From Gammaproteobacteria bacterium (GTDB lineage Bacteria; Pseudomonadota; Gammaproteobacteria; Ga0077536), in the NCBI GenBank assembly GCA_050247235.1, contig JBFWUN010000001.1, forward strand, positions 103,630-167,629: a DNA stretch of 64,000 nt, in the 5' to 3' direction. Below, piece after piece: positions 11,503 to 22,287 of the stretch. Below the pieces are notes generated by a model. The model had not been told where the DNA came from and did not search any database. It saw only the letters and a list, made by a program, of their open reading frames with translations. Each line of letters begins with the position of its first letter. Position 1 is the first letter of the stretch. The position numbers were made by a program, and so were the translations under genes.

Positions 11503-12615
11503 CTACTCGCGCAATCCGCGCGCACGCAGCCGGGGCAGCAGTTCCTCCGCGTACCGGGTGATTCCTTCCGCGTAGTCCACCCAGGACAACGTGACGCCGT
11601 CGAGCCCCGCATCCGCCAGTTGCAGCATCGCGTCGGCAACCTGTTCGGGCGTGCCGATGAGCGGGATGGCACCGTACCCGGCCACCACGGCTTCGATGAA
11701 CCTGTCGTTGCGGAAATCCGCGCTCTGCGAGTTCGGCACCGCGCCGGTGACCAGGTTCGCTGCCGCAACCCAGTCGCCCTTCTCGTGCACGTAATGGTGG
11801 TAGTACTCGCGCGCCGCCTGCTCGGTGGCGCGGCAGACGACATTGGCGAGCGACATCACCCGGATTTCGCGTCCGTGCTGCTCGCGCGCGTTCCGCTTGA
11901 GATCCGCGATGATCGCGGGTGCCTGCGCAAGGTCAGGCACGAAGATGAACTGCAGATCGGCGTGCCGCGCCGCGAACGCCGTCCCCGCGGGGCTCTGCCC
12001 GGCGCTCATGATTGCCGGACCTGGTCGCTGCAGCGGCTTGGGTTCACCGTGCACACCCGGCAGGCGGAAGAATCGTCCCGCGAAGTCGAAGGTGTCCTCG
12101 GTCCAGATCCGCTTGACCACGGTCGCCCACTCGTCGGCCACCGCGTAGCGCTCGTCGTGCGGACGCTGCTCGAGACCGAACATCCGGATCTCCGGTTCGT
12201 TCCAGCCCGCCACGAGATTCAGCCCGAAGCGTCCGCCGGAGATGTGATCGATGGTCACTGCTTCCTTGGCGGCGAGCACCGGGTGCACGGTGGGGACATG
12301 CATCGTCGCGAACACCTGGATGCGCGTGGTGACCGCCGCGACGCCGGCGGCCCACGTGAACGTTTCGAAGCAGCGGTCGTTGAAATTGGTCTCGCCGCCG
12401 AACCCGCGCCAGCGCGCCACCGGGATCATCGCGTCCAGTCCCGCGGCGTCCGCGAGCTGCGCGAGGCGGCGAGACTCGGGCCAGTCCACCCGGATCGTAC
12501 CGGCCGCCGACGTGACGCTGCAGCCGCCACTGACGTTGGCGCCGAACACGGCAAGCTTGAAGCGGCTGGCACCGTTCAGCAGCACGGCACCGGGGCGTGC
12601 GATCGGTGTCGTCAT
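11503..12615 (-). CDS. Luciferase-like flavin-dependent monooxygenase (RutA/SfnG-like)
   Basis: ARWRGFGGET, FETFTWAA, HPVLAAK, IDHISGGRFGLNLVAGWN, PKP, AGQS. Confidence 0.88.
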   Translation of the reverse strand: MTTPIARPGAVLLNGASRFKLAVFGANVSGGCSVTSAAGTIRVDWPESRRLAQLADAAGLDAMIPVARWRGFGGETNFNDRCFETFTWAAGVAAVTTRIQVFATMHVPTVHPVLAAKEAVTIDHISGGRFGLNLVAGWNEPEIRMFGLEQRPHDERYAVADEWATVVKRIWTEDTFDFAGRFFRLPGVHGEPKPLQRPGPAIMSAGQSPAGTAFAARHADLQFIFVPDLAQAPAIIADLKRNAREQHGREIRVMSLANVVCRATEQAAREYYHHYVHEKGDWVAAANLVTGAVPNSQSADFRNDRFIEAVVAGYGAIPLIGTPEQVADAMLQLADAGLDGVTLSWVDYAEGITRYAEELLPRLRARGLRE

Positions 12616-13283
12616 GGATTGTTCTCCGGCACGCGGCATGCGCCCTCGACGGCCGCTTCCGCACCTGGTCCTGCCGATACTGCCCACACCCACGGCCGTC
12701 GCACCCGATCCTCCGCCTGCCAGCGCGCGATCTCCGGCGCCATCGTCAGCAGGTACGCGAGATCGTCCAGCCCCTGCAGCAGGCGCTGGCGTCGCCAGGC
12801 GTCCACCTCGAAGGCGAACTCCCGTCCCGATGGCGTCGACACGCGGCAGGCTGCGAGATCCACCTGGAAATCGCCGTGCGGGGTGGCCTCGACGAACAGG
12901 CGTGCGATCTCCGCCGCAGGCAGCGTGATCGCGAGCACACCGTTCTGAAAGCAGTTGTTCCGGAAGATGTCGCCGAATCCCGCTGCGAACACGCAGCGGA
13001 TCCCGATCGCGCGCAAGGCCCACACCGCGTGCTCGCGCGAGGAGCCGCAGCCGAAGTTCGCGCCGGTGATCAGAATGGGCGCATCCCGGTACGTGTCCTG
13101 GTTGAAGGGGCAGGCAGGGTCGGGCGTTCCGTCTGCACGCCGGCGCAGGGTGGCGAACGCGTGCTCGCGCAGGTTCGCGGGATCCGCGTCCATCAGGTGC
13201 TCGATGCGGATGATCGTGTCGGTGTCCACGTTCGCGCGCGGCAGTGGTACCGCGCGACCCTCGATACGAATCAGCGGTTCCAT
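12612..13283 (-). CDS. LeuD-like dehydratase small subunit
   Basis: NVDTDTII, NFGCGSSREHAVWAL, FGDIFRNN, LLQGLDD. Confidence 0.9.
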   Translation of the reverse strand: MEPLIRIEGRAVPLPRANVDTDTIIRIEHLMDADPANLREHAFATLRRRADGTPDPACPFNQDTYRDAPILITGANFGCGSSREHAVWALRAIGIRCVFAAGFGDIFRNNCFQNGVLAITLPAAEIARLFVEATPHGDFQVDLAACRVSTPSGREFAFEVDAWRRQRLLQGLDDLAYLLTMAPEIARWQAEDRVRRPWVWAVSAGPGAEAAVEGACRVPENNP

Positions 13284-13285
13284 GT

Positions 13286-14680
13286 TCAGAAGGTCCGCAC
13301 GTCGACCAGGGCCCCCGCCACGGCGGCGGCGGCGGCCATCGCCGGGCTCGCCAGGTGCGTGCGTGCGCCGGGGCCCTGGCGTCCGACGAAGTTGCGGTTG
13401 GACGTGGACACTGCCCGCGCGCCCGGCGGCACGCGCTCCCCGTTGGCCGCGACGCACAGGCTGCAGCCCGGTTCCCGCCAGTCGAACCCGGCGGCGCGAA
13501 ACACCCGATCCAGGCCCTCGGCCTCCGCGGCCGCCTTGACCTCGACCGATCCCGGCACCACCCAGGCCGTGACGCGCGGCGCGACCCGCCGATCGCGCAC
13601 GATCTCCGCGGCGGCGCGCAGATCCGACAGGCGGGAATTCGTGCACGACCCGATGAACACGAAATCGACCGGCGTTCCAGCGAGCGGTCGGCCCGGTTCC
13701 AGTCCCATGTAGTCGAGCGCCGCATGCCACGCCGCCGCTTGCGCGGGCGGCGCAGCTGCCGGATCCGGGACCACGCCATCGATCGCGAGCGCATGTTCGG
13801 GGCTGGTGCCCCACGTTACGGTGGGCGCGATCACGGAGGCACCCAGCGTGAGCTCGCGGTCGAACGCGGCACCGGTGTCGCTGTGCAACGTTTCCCAATG
13901 GGCGACCGCGGCCGCGAAGTTGCGGCCGGCCGGCGCATACGGACGCCTTTCCAGGTAGGCGAACGTGGTCGCGTCGGGCGCCACGAAGCCGGACTGCGCG
14001 CCCATCTCGACCGACAGGTTGCACAGGGTCAGCCGCGCATCGATCGACATCGCACGCACCGCCGATCCCGCGTACTCCACCGCGTGATCGGTCGCCGCCG
14101 CCGTACCAAACCGTCCGATCGCGTGCAGGACGACATCCTTGGCGGTCACGCCACGCCCGAGTGCGCCGTCAATCGTGAGCCGCAGCGAACGCGGGCGGCG
14201 CTGCACCAGTGCCTGCGTGGCCAGGACGTGCTCGACCTCGGTGGAGCCGATGCCGAACGCGAGCGCGCCGACCCCGCCGTGCGTGCAGGTGTGGGAATCC
14301 CCGCAGACGATTGTGGTGCCAGGCAGCGACAGTCCGAGCTCCGGGCCCATCACGTGCACGATCCCCTGCCCCCGGGTGCCCAGTTCGAAGTACCGGATAC
14401 CGTGCGCCGCGCAGCGCTCGCGCAGTGACCGCCAGAACCGCGCACCTTGCGGATTGGTGTTGCCGCGGCGCCCGGGCGCGCTCGACACCACGTGGTCGGT
14501 GGTTGCGAACGTCAATTCCGCGCTGCACGGAACGAACCCCCGCGCGGCGAGCTGCCCGAGCGCCGGACCGCCGGAAAGTTCGTGCAGCAGGTGACGGTCG
14601 ATGTGCAGCAGCGCCCAACGATCGCCGAGATCGCGCACCACGTGCGCGTCCCAGAGTCTGTCGAACAACGTCGCAGGCAT
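13286..14680 (-). CDS. LeuC-like [4Fe-4S] dehydratase large subunit
   Basis: TLFDRLWDAH, HE, DH, QGIVHV, CGDSHT, GSCTN, PGCSLC, STSNRNF. Confidence 0.92.
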   Translation of the reverse strand: MPATLFDRLWDAHVVRDLGDRWALLHIDRHLLHELSGGPALGQLAARGFVPCSAELTFATTDHVVSSAPGRRGNTNPQGARFWRSLRERCAAHGIRYFELGTRGQGIVHVMGPELGLSLPGTTIVCGDSHTCTHGGVGALAFGIGSTEVEHVLATQALVQRRPRSLRLTIDGALGRGVTAKDVVLHAIGRFGTAAATDHAVEYAGSAVRAMSIDARLTLCNLSVEMGAQSGFVAPDATTFAYLERRPYAPAGRNFAAAVAHWETLHSDTGAAFDRELTLGASVIAPTVTWGTSPEHALAIDGVVPDPAAAPPAQAAAWHAALDYMGLEPGRPLAGTPVDFVFIGSCTNSRLSDLRAAAEIVRDRRVAPRVTAWVVPGSVEVKAAAEAEGLDRVFRAAGFDWREPGCSLCVAANGERVPPGARAVSTSNRNFVGRQGPGARTHLASPAMAAAAAVAGALVDVRTF

Positions 14681-15549
14681 CACCGCCCGTCCGGATCGGT
14701 CCCGCGCGCACGCACCGCGTCCCATTCGGCCGCCCCGAGGCGCCGGAACAGGCTGGCAACGTCGATGCCGGCCGGCGGCGGCGACGCCGCACCCCGCGCC
14801 CGGAGATCCGCGAGTGCCGCGTCGGCCGCCACCAGCACCGGGAACAGCAGCTGCGCGGGGAAGATTGCGAGGCGATAACCCATCGCTTCAGCGGTCTTCG
14901 CGTCGACCAGCGGCGTCCGGCCGGCCGGCACCACGTTCAGCAGGCAAGGCCCGTGCACGCGGCGCGGCACCTCCGCCACTTCTTCCAGGGTGCCGGGCGC
15001 TTCGACGAACGCCATGTCCGCGCCCGCGTCGAGCGCGGCGTTCGCACGCGCGATCGCCTCGTCGAACCCGAGCACGGCGCGCGCGTCGGTGCGCGCGATG
15101 ATCACGAAGTCCGGGTTGCGCCGCGCGGCCACCGCGGCCCGGATCAGCGACAGGTAACGCTCGCGCGGCTGGACTTCCTTGCCGTCCAGGTGCCCGCAGC
15201 GCTTCGGCATCACCTGGTCCTCGAGATGCAGCGCCGCCACCCCGCGCGACTCGTACGCGCGCACCGTGCGCGTGACATTCAGTTCATTGCCATAGCCGGT
15301 GTCGGCATCCGCGATCACCGGGATGGACACGGCTTGTGCCAGCCGCCCGGCATTGTCTGCCATCTCGGTAAGCGTCACGAGACCGTAATCCGGGTAGCCG
15401 AGCGCCGCCGCGGTGCCGGCACCGGTCATGTACACGGCCTCGAATCCATGCTGCTCGACAAGCCGTGCGGTCAGGCCGTCATAGGCGCCCGGCGCGACGA
15501 GGACGGGGCCTTTCGCAAGCCGTTCGCGCAGTCTTCGGGCAGTCGTCAT
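14680..15549 (-). CDS. Isocitrate lyase/PEP mutase family C-C lyase (PrpB / 2,3-dimethylmalate lyase-like)
   Basis: DADTGYG, HLEDQ, KRCGH catalytic loop, IIARTDA. Confidence 0.9.
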   Translation of the reverse strand: MTTARRLRERLAKGPVLVAPGAYDGLTARLVEQHGFEAVYMTGAGTAAALGYPDYGLVTLTEMADNAGRLAQAVSIPVIADADTGYGNELNVTRTVRAYESRGVAALHLEDQVMPKRCGHLDGKEVQPRERYLSLIRAAVAARRNPDFVIIARTDARAVLGFDEAIARANAALDAGADMAFVEAPGTLEEVAEVPRRVHGPCLLNVVPAGRTPLVDAKTAEAMGYRLAIFPAQLLFPVLVAADAALADLRARGAASPPPAGIDVASLFRRLGAAEWDAVRARGTDPDGR

Positions 15550-15707
15550 GGTGCGGTTCTCCGTTCGGCCTGCGGGCCGGTGCTTCGTAGCCTAAATAAG
15601 CGGCCGGAAATTCGCGACACCCGGCGGCCGGCGCGCGCGGGAAAGGGCCATGTCGATCGACCGCCCAGGACATTCGCCGCGGGGACCTCCGCGCCTCGCC
15701 GGCCGCG

Positions 15708-17441
15708 TCAGTCGATCGCCTCGGCGTGCTCGACCACGAGCTGCAGCGACTCCCGGCCCTGGTATTCGTTGACGGACAGGCGGTAGGCAACGTGCACACG
15801 TGACGCGTGCGCGGCCCACGGCGCGTCCGCGGCGCCGAACGCGATCGCGGCGTAAGCGCCGTGCGCGTTGCCGAGCAGCAGCCGCAGGTGCTGTTCGCCG
15901 ACGACCCGGCGCTGCCGGATCTCGAAGTCGCCGTCGAACAGGGGTTCCGGGAACGCCTGTCCCCACGGCGCTGCGGTCGCGAGCACGCGCGCGAGTTCGA
16001 GCGTCATCTCCGGCGGCGCGAGTTCACCGTCGGTATACACGCAGGCCGTCAGTGCCGCCGGATCCGCGCAGTCCCTGACCACGCGGTCGAACGCCGAGGT
16101 GAACTCCGGCAGTGCATCGCTGCGCAGCGAGAGCCCCGCCGCCATCGCATGGCCACCGAAGCGCGACAGCAGGCCGGGATGACGGGCTGCCACCGCGTCC
16201 AGCACGTCACGGATGTGTACGCCGGGAATCGAACGCGCCGAGCCCTTCAGCTCGTCCGCGCCGGCGCGCGCGAACGCGATCACCGGACGATGGTAGAGAT
16301 CCTTTACGCGCCCGGCGACGACGCCGACGATGCCCTGGTGCCACTCCGGATCGAACACGCAGATGCCGTAGGGCAGTTCGCCCGTGGGTGGCAACGCTTC
16401 CAGGACCTGGTCCAGTGCCTGCTGCCGCGTCTCGCGTTCCAGGGTGCGACGCTCGCGGTTCAGCGCGTCGAGTTCGCCGGCGATCGCACGGCAGCGCGCG
16501 GGATCGTCCGACAGCAGGCATTCGATGCCGAGTGACATGTCCGCGAGCCGCCCTGCCGCGTTGAGTCGCGGCCCGACCGCGTAGCCGAGATCGCTGGCGA
16601 GAACCCGCGCCGGATCGCGCCCCGCGACGGCGAGCAGTGCGGAGATGCCCGCCTGGCAACGGCGCGCCCGGATCCGCGCGAGCCCCTGCGCGACGAGCCG
16701 GCGGTTGTTCGCATCGAGCGGCACGACGTCGGCCACGGTGCCGAGCGCGACGAGATCGAGCAGTTCGGCGAGGTTGGGATCGGCAAGACCACGTGCGGCG
16801 AACCAGCCGCGCGCGCGCAGTTCCGCGCGCAGCGCGAGCATCACGTAGAAGATCACGCCGACCCCCGCCAGCGATTTGCTTGGAAACGGATCGCCCGGCA
16901 CGTTCGGGTTCACGATGGCATCCGCCGCCGGCAACGCAGCACCTGGCAGGTGGTGATCCGTGATCAGCACGCGCATGCCGGCACCGCGCGCCGCGGCGAC
17001 ACCGTCGAGACTCGATATCCCGTTGTCCACCGTGATCAGCAGGTCCGCGCCCTTGGCCTTCACGAGTTCGACGATGGGCGGTGTCAGGCCGTACCCGTAC
17101 TCGAAACGATTCGGGACCACGTAATCCACGCGCGCGGCCCCGCACGCGCGCAGCGCTCGGATCCCGAGCGCACAGCTCGTCGCGCCGTCGGCATCGAAAT
17201 CGGCAACGATCACGATGCGATGTCCACCTTCGAGCGCGGCGACCAGCAGCGCCACCGCGCGGGTGATCCCGTGCAAGGTCTCGGCACGAAGCAAACCCTG
17301 CAGCGAGGTATCCAGCGCGTCCGGGTCACACGCGCCGCGCGCGGCGAACACCCGGCGCAGCACGGGATGCAGGGTCGCCGGCAGGCGCGCGACATCGCCC
17401 GCGGGGCGCCGCACGATGCGGGATACAGGGTCGCCGCTCAC
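15708..17441 (-). CDS. recJ: Single-stranded DNA exonuclease RecJ
   Basis: DFDADG, TVDNG, TDHH, LGTVADVV, GSARS, GGHAMAAG; GTG start estimated. Confidence 0.96.
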   Translation of the reverse strand: MSGDPVSRIVRRPAGDVARLPATLHPVLRRVFAARGACDPDALDTSLQGLLRAETLHGITRAVALLVAALEGGHRIVIVADFDADGATSCALGIRALRACGAARVDYVVPNRFEYGYGLTPPIVELVKAKGADLLITVDNGISSLDGVAAARGAGMRVLITDHHLPGAALPAADAIVNPNVPGDPFPSKSLAGVGVIFYVMLALRAELRARGWFAARGLADPNLAELLDLVALGTVADVVPLDANNRRLVAQGLARIRARRCQAGISALLAVAGRDPARVLASDLGYAVGPRLNAAGRLADMSLGIECLLSDDPARCRAIAGELDALNRERRTLERETRQQALDQVLEALPPTGELPYGICVFDPEWHQGIVGVVAGRVKDLYHRPVIAFARAGADELKGSARSIPGVHIRDVLDAVAARHPGLLSRFGGHAMAAGLSLRSDALPEFTSAFDRVVRDCADPAALTACVYTDGELAPPEMTLELARVLATAAPWGQAFPEPLFDGDFEIRQRRVVGEQHLRLLLGNAHGAYAAIAFGAADAPWAAHASRVHVAYRLSVNEYQGRESLQLVVEHAEAID

Positions 17442-18436
17442 GCGATCGTCATGCATCGCGGGCGGCACCAGGTCTTGAAACTGTCCAGCCAGCCCACGTG
17501 TGCGTGGTGCGTCGCGAGGACGAAGCGCAGGCTCCCGATTCGCCGCGTGTGCAGCGCGCTGATCAGCGGCGGCAGCCAGCGCGTCTCGAGATCCCCAAGC
17601 GTGACATGCGTACCCTCCTCCGCGGCACCGAATGCCGCCCCCGCGACGAGCACCGCGTGTCCCCGGGCGCGCGCCGCGCCGAGCAGATCCGCCGGCGTGG
17701 CCCGCACGCGCCACGTCCCGCCTGTCGCGCGGGCGGCACCGGCGAGCAGCACGTCGTTGCCGAACATCGCCGGGGCAACGCCTGGCGTGTCCGTTCCGGC
17801 CGTCACCGGGCGCGCCCCCGCACCGTACCACCAGACACCATTGAGCGGGGGCAGCCCGCGCGCGCTGCGCGCGATATTCACGGGTTGGTCGTGCAGCAGC
17901 ATCTGGACGTCGTTCAACCAGCGGCGCCATGCACGGGTGGCCGCATCCAGCGGCATGAACGGCGTCATGGAGCGGCCGTGCAGCCAGTCGACCGAGGGTG
18001 CAACGCCAGAGACGTCGGAGGGTCGGCGCACGTACCAGCGTGCGGGCACCGCCCCGCGGCGTGCGACGAGTTCGGGGAATTCGCGGTCGAGTGCCTGCAG
18101 CAGTTCGTCCGCCTCGGCCGCCGACACCTCGAGCTGCGACGGCGCGTAGACGAGCACCCGGTTCGGATCCGCATGCAGGTAGATCGGATCGCTGCGCAGG
18201 AGATCAGCCACTGCAATCTCCGCGCCGAAATCGTGCGCGGCGGTCAGCGCCGCGATTCCCGTATCAGCCGGCAGACCCAGCACCGCGAGCGTCGCCGTTT
18301 CGGGCGGTCCCTCGCGCGGCGTGCAGCGCGCGCGTCCGAGCAGGGCCGCCAGCCGCGGGAACTCGCGCGCCCGATCGGCGAGGGACGGGTCGTCCGCAAG
18401 GGACAGGCTCGGCAGGATGAGTGTGACGTCCGGCAC
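17438..18436 (-). CDS. Conserved protein upstream of recJ (phosphoglycerate-mutase-like annotation in relatives)
   Basis: SDPIYL, W..WLNDVQMLLH..PVN..R...G..P.N..W motifs; operonic position between thrC and recJ. Confidence 0.6.
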   Translation of the reverse strand: MPDVTLILPSLSLADDPSLADRAREFPRLAALLGRARCTPREGPPETATLAVLGLPADTGIAALTAAHDFGAEIAVADLLRSDPIYLHADPNRVLVYAPSQLEVSAAEADELLQALDREFPELVARRGAVPARWYVRRPSDVSGVAPSVDWLHGRSMTPFMPLDAATRAWRRWLNDVQMLLHDQPVNIARSARGLPPLNGVWWYGAGARPVTAGTDTPGVAPAMFGNDVLLAGAARATGGTWRVRATPADLLGAARARGHAVLVAGAAFGAAEEGTHVTLGDLETRWLPPLISALHTRRIGSLRFVLATHHAHVGWLDSFKTWCRPRCMTIA

Positions 18437-18453
18437 GCGGATCGCGCGGCGGA

Positions 18454-19593
18454 TCAGAGACGCTCGAGAATCGCGCGCCTGACCGCCTCGCTGTCGGCCG
18501 GGATCTCAAGGACGCCGCCCTGGCTCTGTCGGATCGCGGTGTCGGGGTCCTTGAGCCCGTGACCGGTCAGGGTGCAGGTGATGACGCTGCCGTCCCGGAT
18601 CCTGCCGCGCGCGATGTCACGCAGCAGGCCGGCGACTGAAATCGCCGACGCGGGTTCGCAGAACACGCCTTCGCGTTCGGCGAGCAGCTTCTGCGCGTGC
18701 AGGATCTCGTCGTCGGTCAGGCTGTCGAACCAACCGTTCGATTCGCGCACGGCGGCCCACGCGAGATCCCATGACTGCGGGTTGCCGATGCGGATGGCGG
18801 TGGCGACGGTCTCCGGGTTCTCGACCGGATGTCCGGCGAGGAACGGCGCTGCGCCGGCGGCCTGGTAACCGACCATGACCGGGCGCGTATGCGTGACCGC
18901 CGGGAACGGAAACGCGCAAGTATCCGCGCAGAACGCGCACGCCGCGGTCTTCGGCCGGATGCCGGCGTACTCGCTGAAGCCCACCCAGTAGGCACTGATG
19001 TTGCCGGCGTTGCCGACGGGGATGCAGTGGTAGTCCGGTGCGCGCCCGAGCGCGTCGACGATCTCGAATGCCGCAGTCTTCTGACCCTGCAGGCGGTACG
19101 GGTTGATGGAGTTCACGATCGCGACGGGGGCGGCATCCGCCATTTCCTTGACGATGCGCATGCCGTCATCGAAGTTGCCCTTGATCTGGATGACCACCGA
19201 GCCCTGGATCATCGCCTGCGCGAGCTTGCCCAGTGCGATCTTGCCCTCCGGGATCAGCACGAAGCAGCGGATGCCGGCGCGCGCGGCGTACGCGGCCGCG
19301 GAGGCCGAGGTGTTGCCGGTGGAGGCGCAGATGATTGCGCGCGTGCCCTCGGCGACCGCCTGCGTGACGGCCATCGTCATGCCGCGATCCTTGAACGATC
19401 CCGTCGGGTTCAGGCCTTCGAACTTCGCGAAGATCTGCACGTCCCGGCCGGTTGCGCGGGCCACGTTGTCAAGCGGAACCAGCGGCGTGTCGCCCTCGGT
19501 CAGGCTGATGATGCGCGTGTCGGCGCCGACCGGCAGGCGCGCGCGGTAACGTTCGATCAGTCCGCGGTAGAGCGATGGATAGGGCGTGGTCAT
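18454..19593 (-). CDS. thrC: Threonine synthase
   Basis: EGLNPTGSFKDRG (PLP Lys), CASTGNTSAS, PVGNAGN, TGHGLKD; follows hom. Confidence 0.95.
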   Translation of the reverse strand: MTTPYPSLYRGLIERYRARLPVGADTRIISLTEGDTPLVPLDNVARATGRDVQIFAKFEGLNPTGSFKDRGMTMAVTQAVAEGTRAIICASTGNTSASAAAYAARAGIRCFVLIPEGKIALGKLAQAMIQGSVVIQIKGNFDDGMRIVKEMADAAPVAIVNSINPYRLQGQKTAAFEIVDALGRAPDYHCIPVGNAGNISAYWVGFSEYAGIRPKTAACAFCADTCAFPFPAVTHTRPVMVGYQAAGAAPFLAGHPVENPETVATAIRIGNPQSWDLAWAAVRESNGWFDSLTDDEILHAQKLLAEREGVFCEPASAISVAGLLRDIARGRIRDGSVITCTLTGHGLKDPDTAIRQSQGGVLEIPADSEAVRRAILERL

Positions 19594-20909
19594 GCGAAGG
19601 GCTCCATGCGAATGCGCACCACCGGGGCCTTGATGGCGGTGAGTTCGCCGATGCGGGTAATCGCTTCGTTCATCGCGCGCTCGCGGACCCGGTGCGTGAG
19701 GATCACGACCGGGACTACCGCCGGATCGTGCGCATGCTCGAGCTGCATGATCGCCTCGATGCTGATGCGGAAGTCGGCGAGAATGCGGGTGACGTCGGCG
19801 AGCACTCCGGGTTCATCCGCGGCCAGCAGCCGCAGGTAGCAGGCGGTCTCCACGTCCTCCATCGCCAGCACGCGGACCTCGCCCATCGCCTCCGGCTGGA
19901 ACGCGAGGTGCGGCACGCGGTTCTCCGGGTCGCTGGTCAGCGCGCGGGTCACATCCACGAGATCCGCAACCACCGACGAGGCCGTCGGTTCAGCGCCCGC
20001 CCCGGCGCCCGACAGCAGCACCGGGCCCGCCGCATCCCCGCGCACGAGCACCGCGTTCATCACGCCGTTCACGCGTGCGATGGGCTGTGCGGCAGGTACG
20101 AGCGTGGGGTGGACACGCAGTTCGATGCCGGTCGCCACCTGGCGCGCGATGCCGACATGCTTGATGCGGTAACCGAGCCGCTCCGCGTACTTCACGTCCT
20201 CGCCGGTCACGTGGCGGATGCCTTCCACGTACACGTGCTGGAACTGCAGCGGGATACCGAACGCCAGCGCGGCGAGAATCGTGAGCTTGTGCGCGGCATC
20301 GATGCCGTCTATGTCGAACGACGGATCCGCTTCCGCGTAGCCGAGCCGCTGCGCCTCGGCGAGTACCTCGGCGAAATCACTGCCCGCTTCGCTCATCGCG
20401 GACAGGATGAAATTGCACGTCCCATTGATGATCCCGGCGAGCCACTGCACGTCGTTGCCGGCGAGTGCCTCACGAATGACCTTGATCACCGGGATACCGC
20501 CCGCGACCGCCGCTTCGAACGCCACCGTCACGCCACGGGCCTGGGCGGCAGCGAAGATCTCGTTGCCATGCAGCGCGATCAGCGCCTTGTTGGCGGTGAC
20601 CACATGCTTGCCGTTCGCGATGGCGCGGAGCACGAGCGTGCGCGCGGGCTCGATGCCGCCGATGAGTTCGGCGACGATCGCAATGGCCGGGTCGTCGACG
20701 ACAGCCGCCGCGTCGGCGACCAGCCGGATACCACTGGTGTCCACCGCCCGCACCCTGTCGAGATTGCGTGCGGTGGCGACCGCGATCTCGATGCGGCGGC
20801 CGGCGCGGGACGCGATGAGCCGCGCGTTCCGGCGCAGCACGGTGATCGTACCGCCGCCGACCGTGCCGAGACCGAGGAGTCCTACCTTGACGGGTGCGAG
20901 TTCGCTCAT
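19590..20909 (-). CDS. hom: Homoserine dehydrogenase with C-terminal ACT domain
   Basis: [37 protein letters not shown]. Confidence 0.96.
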   Translation of the reverse strand: MSELAPVKVGLLGLGTVGGGTITVLRRNARLIASRAGRRIEIAVATARNLDRVRAVDTSGIRLVADAAAVVDDPAIAIVAELIGGIEPARTLVLRAIANGKHVVTANKALIALHGNEIFAAAQARGVTVAFEAAVAGGIPVIKVIREALAGNDVQWLAGIINGTCNFILSAMSEAGSDFAEVLAEAQRLGYAEADPSFDIDGIDAAHKLTILAALAFGIPLQFQHVYVEGIRHVTGEDVKYAERLGYRIKHVGIARQVATGIELRVHPTLVPAAQPIARVNGVMNAVLVRGDAAGPVLLSGAGAGAEPTASSVVADLVDVTRALTSDPENRVPHLAFQPEAMGEVRVLAMEDVETACYLRLLAADEPGVLADVTRILADFRISIEAIMQLEHAHDPAVVPVVILTHRVRERAMNEAITRIGELTAIKAPVVRIRMEPFA

Positions 20910-22132
20910 GCCGAGCCCGCCGCCTGGTCACGGGCGGACGGCGCGGCCACGCGCTCCGGGTCACGCAGCATCTCGCGGATGCTGCGCAATGCCTGGCGCG
21001 TGCGATGCGGGTTCTCGATCAGCGCGAAGCGCACGAAACCGTCGCCGTATTCGCCAAAGCCGATACCGGGCGACACCGCGACCTTGGCTTCCAGCAGCAG
21101 CCGCTTCGAGAACTCGAGCGAACCAAGCGCGCGGAACGGTGCCGGGATCTCCGCCCAGACGAACATCGTGCCGCGCGGCTTCTCGACCTGCCAGCCGGCG
21201 GCGTTGAGCCCGTCACACAGCACGTCGCGGCGCTGCTGGTACATGTCGCGGATTTCCGCGACGCATTCCTGGGGGCCCTCCAGCGCGGTGATCGCAGCCA
21301 CCTGCACCGGCGTGAACATGCCGTAGTCCAGGTACGACTTCATGCGCCCGAGCGCGTAGACGAGATCCGGGTTGCCGCACATGAAGCCGATGCGCCACCC
21401 CGGCATGTTGTAGCTCTTGGACAGCGTGAAGAATTCGACCGCGATGTCCTTGGCACCCGGCACCTGGAGGATGGACGGCGCCTTGTAACCATCGAACACG
21501 AGGTCCGCGTACGCGAGGTCGTGCACCACGTAGATGCCGTGCTCGCGTGCGATCGCGACAACGTGCCGGAAAAAATCCAGATCCACGCACTGCGTGGTGG
21601 GATTGCTCGGGAAGTTGAGCAGCAGCATCTTCGGCCGCGGCCAGCTGTTGCGGATGGCCTGCTCCAGCTCGGCGAAGAAATCGATGCCGGGTCCGATCGG
21701 CACGTGGCGGATGTCAGCCCCCGCGATCACGAACCCGTAGGGGTGAATCGGGTATGACGGGTTGGGCACCATCACCACGTCGCCGTGGTCCACGGTCGCG
21801 AGCGCCAGGTGCGCAAGACCTTCCTTGGACCCGATCGTGACGATGGCCTCAGAATCCGGATCGAGTGAGACGTCGTAGCGCGTGCGGTACCAGTGGCAGA
21901 TCGCCCGGCGCAACCGCGGGATCCCCTTGGAGACGGAGTACCGGTGCGTGTCACCGCGCTGGGCCACTTCCACCAGCTTGTCGACAATATGTTGCGGTGT
22001 CGGCTGGTCCGGATTGCCCATCCCGAAGTCGATGATGTCCTCGCCGCGACGGCGCGCGGCCATCTTCAGTTCACCCACCTGGTTGAAGACGTACGGCGGC
22101 AGGCGCTGGATGCGGGGGAATTCTTTGGCCAA
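20906..22132 (-). CDS. alaC: Alanine transaminase (class I/II aminotransferase)
   Basis: [34 protein letters not shown]; alaC-hom-thrC synteny. Confidence 0.9.
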   Translation of the reverse strand: MAKEFPRIQRLPPYVFNQVGELKMAARRRGEDIIDFGMGNPDQPTPQHIVDKLVEVAQRGDTHRYSVSKGIPRLRRAICHWYRTRYDVSLDPDSEAIVTIGSKEGLAHLALATVDHGDVVMVPNPSYPIHPYGFVIAGADIRHVPIGPGIDFFAELEQAIRNSWPRPKMLLLNFPSNPTTQCVDLDFFRHVVAIAREHGIYVVHDLAYADLVFDGYKAPSILQVPGAKDIAVEFFTLSKSYNMPGWRIGFMCGNPDLVYALGRMKSYLDYGMFTPVQVAAITALEGPQECVAEIRDMYQQRRDVLCDGLNAAGWQVEKPRGTMFVWAEIPAPFRALGSLEFSKRLLLEAKVAVSPGIGFGEYGDGFVRFALIENPHRTRQALRSIREMLRDPERVAAPSARDQAAGSA

Positions 22133-22287
22133 GGTGATTACACTAAGGTTGGTGGTTGGACGGCGGTGGCGGCACGCTACCGGCCCGGGATGCGCGTGTC
22201 AAACGCGCAAATCCGGGGATTCCGGCGTCGTCCCGGGCGCCCGGACGGGCCCGTCCGCCTGCCCATTTCCACACGTGCGCATGCGCC

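Noticed and set aside
11503-13794. 763-aa ORF suggesting a large LLM fusion
   Set aside because: The N-terminal half is an off-frame read of leuC/leuD; the real start is 12615
12612-14680. Labelling these genes as biosynthetic leuC/leuD
   Set aside because: No leuA or leuB nearby and the context is catabolic, so gene symbols were withheld
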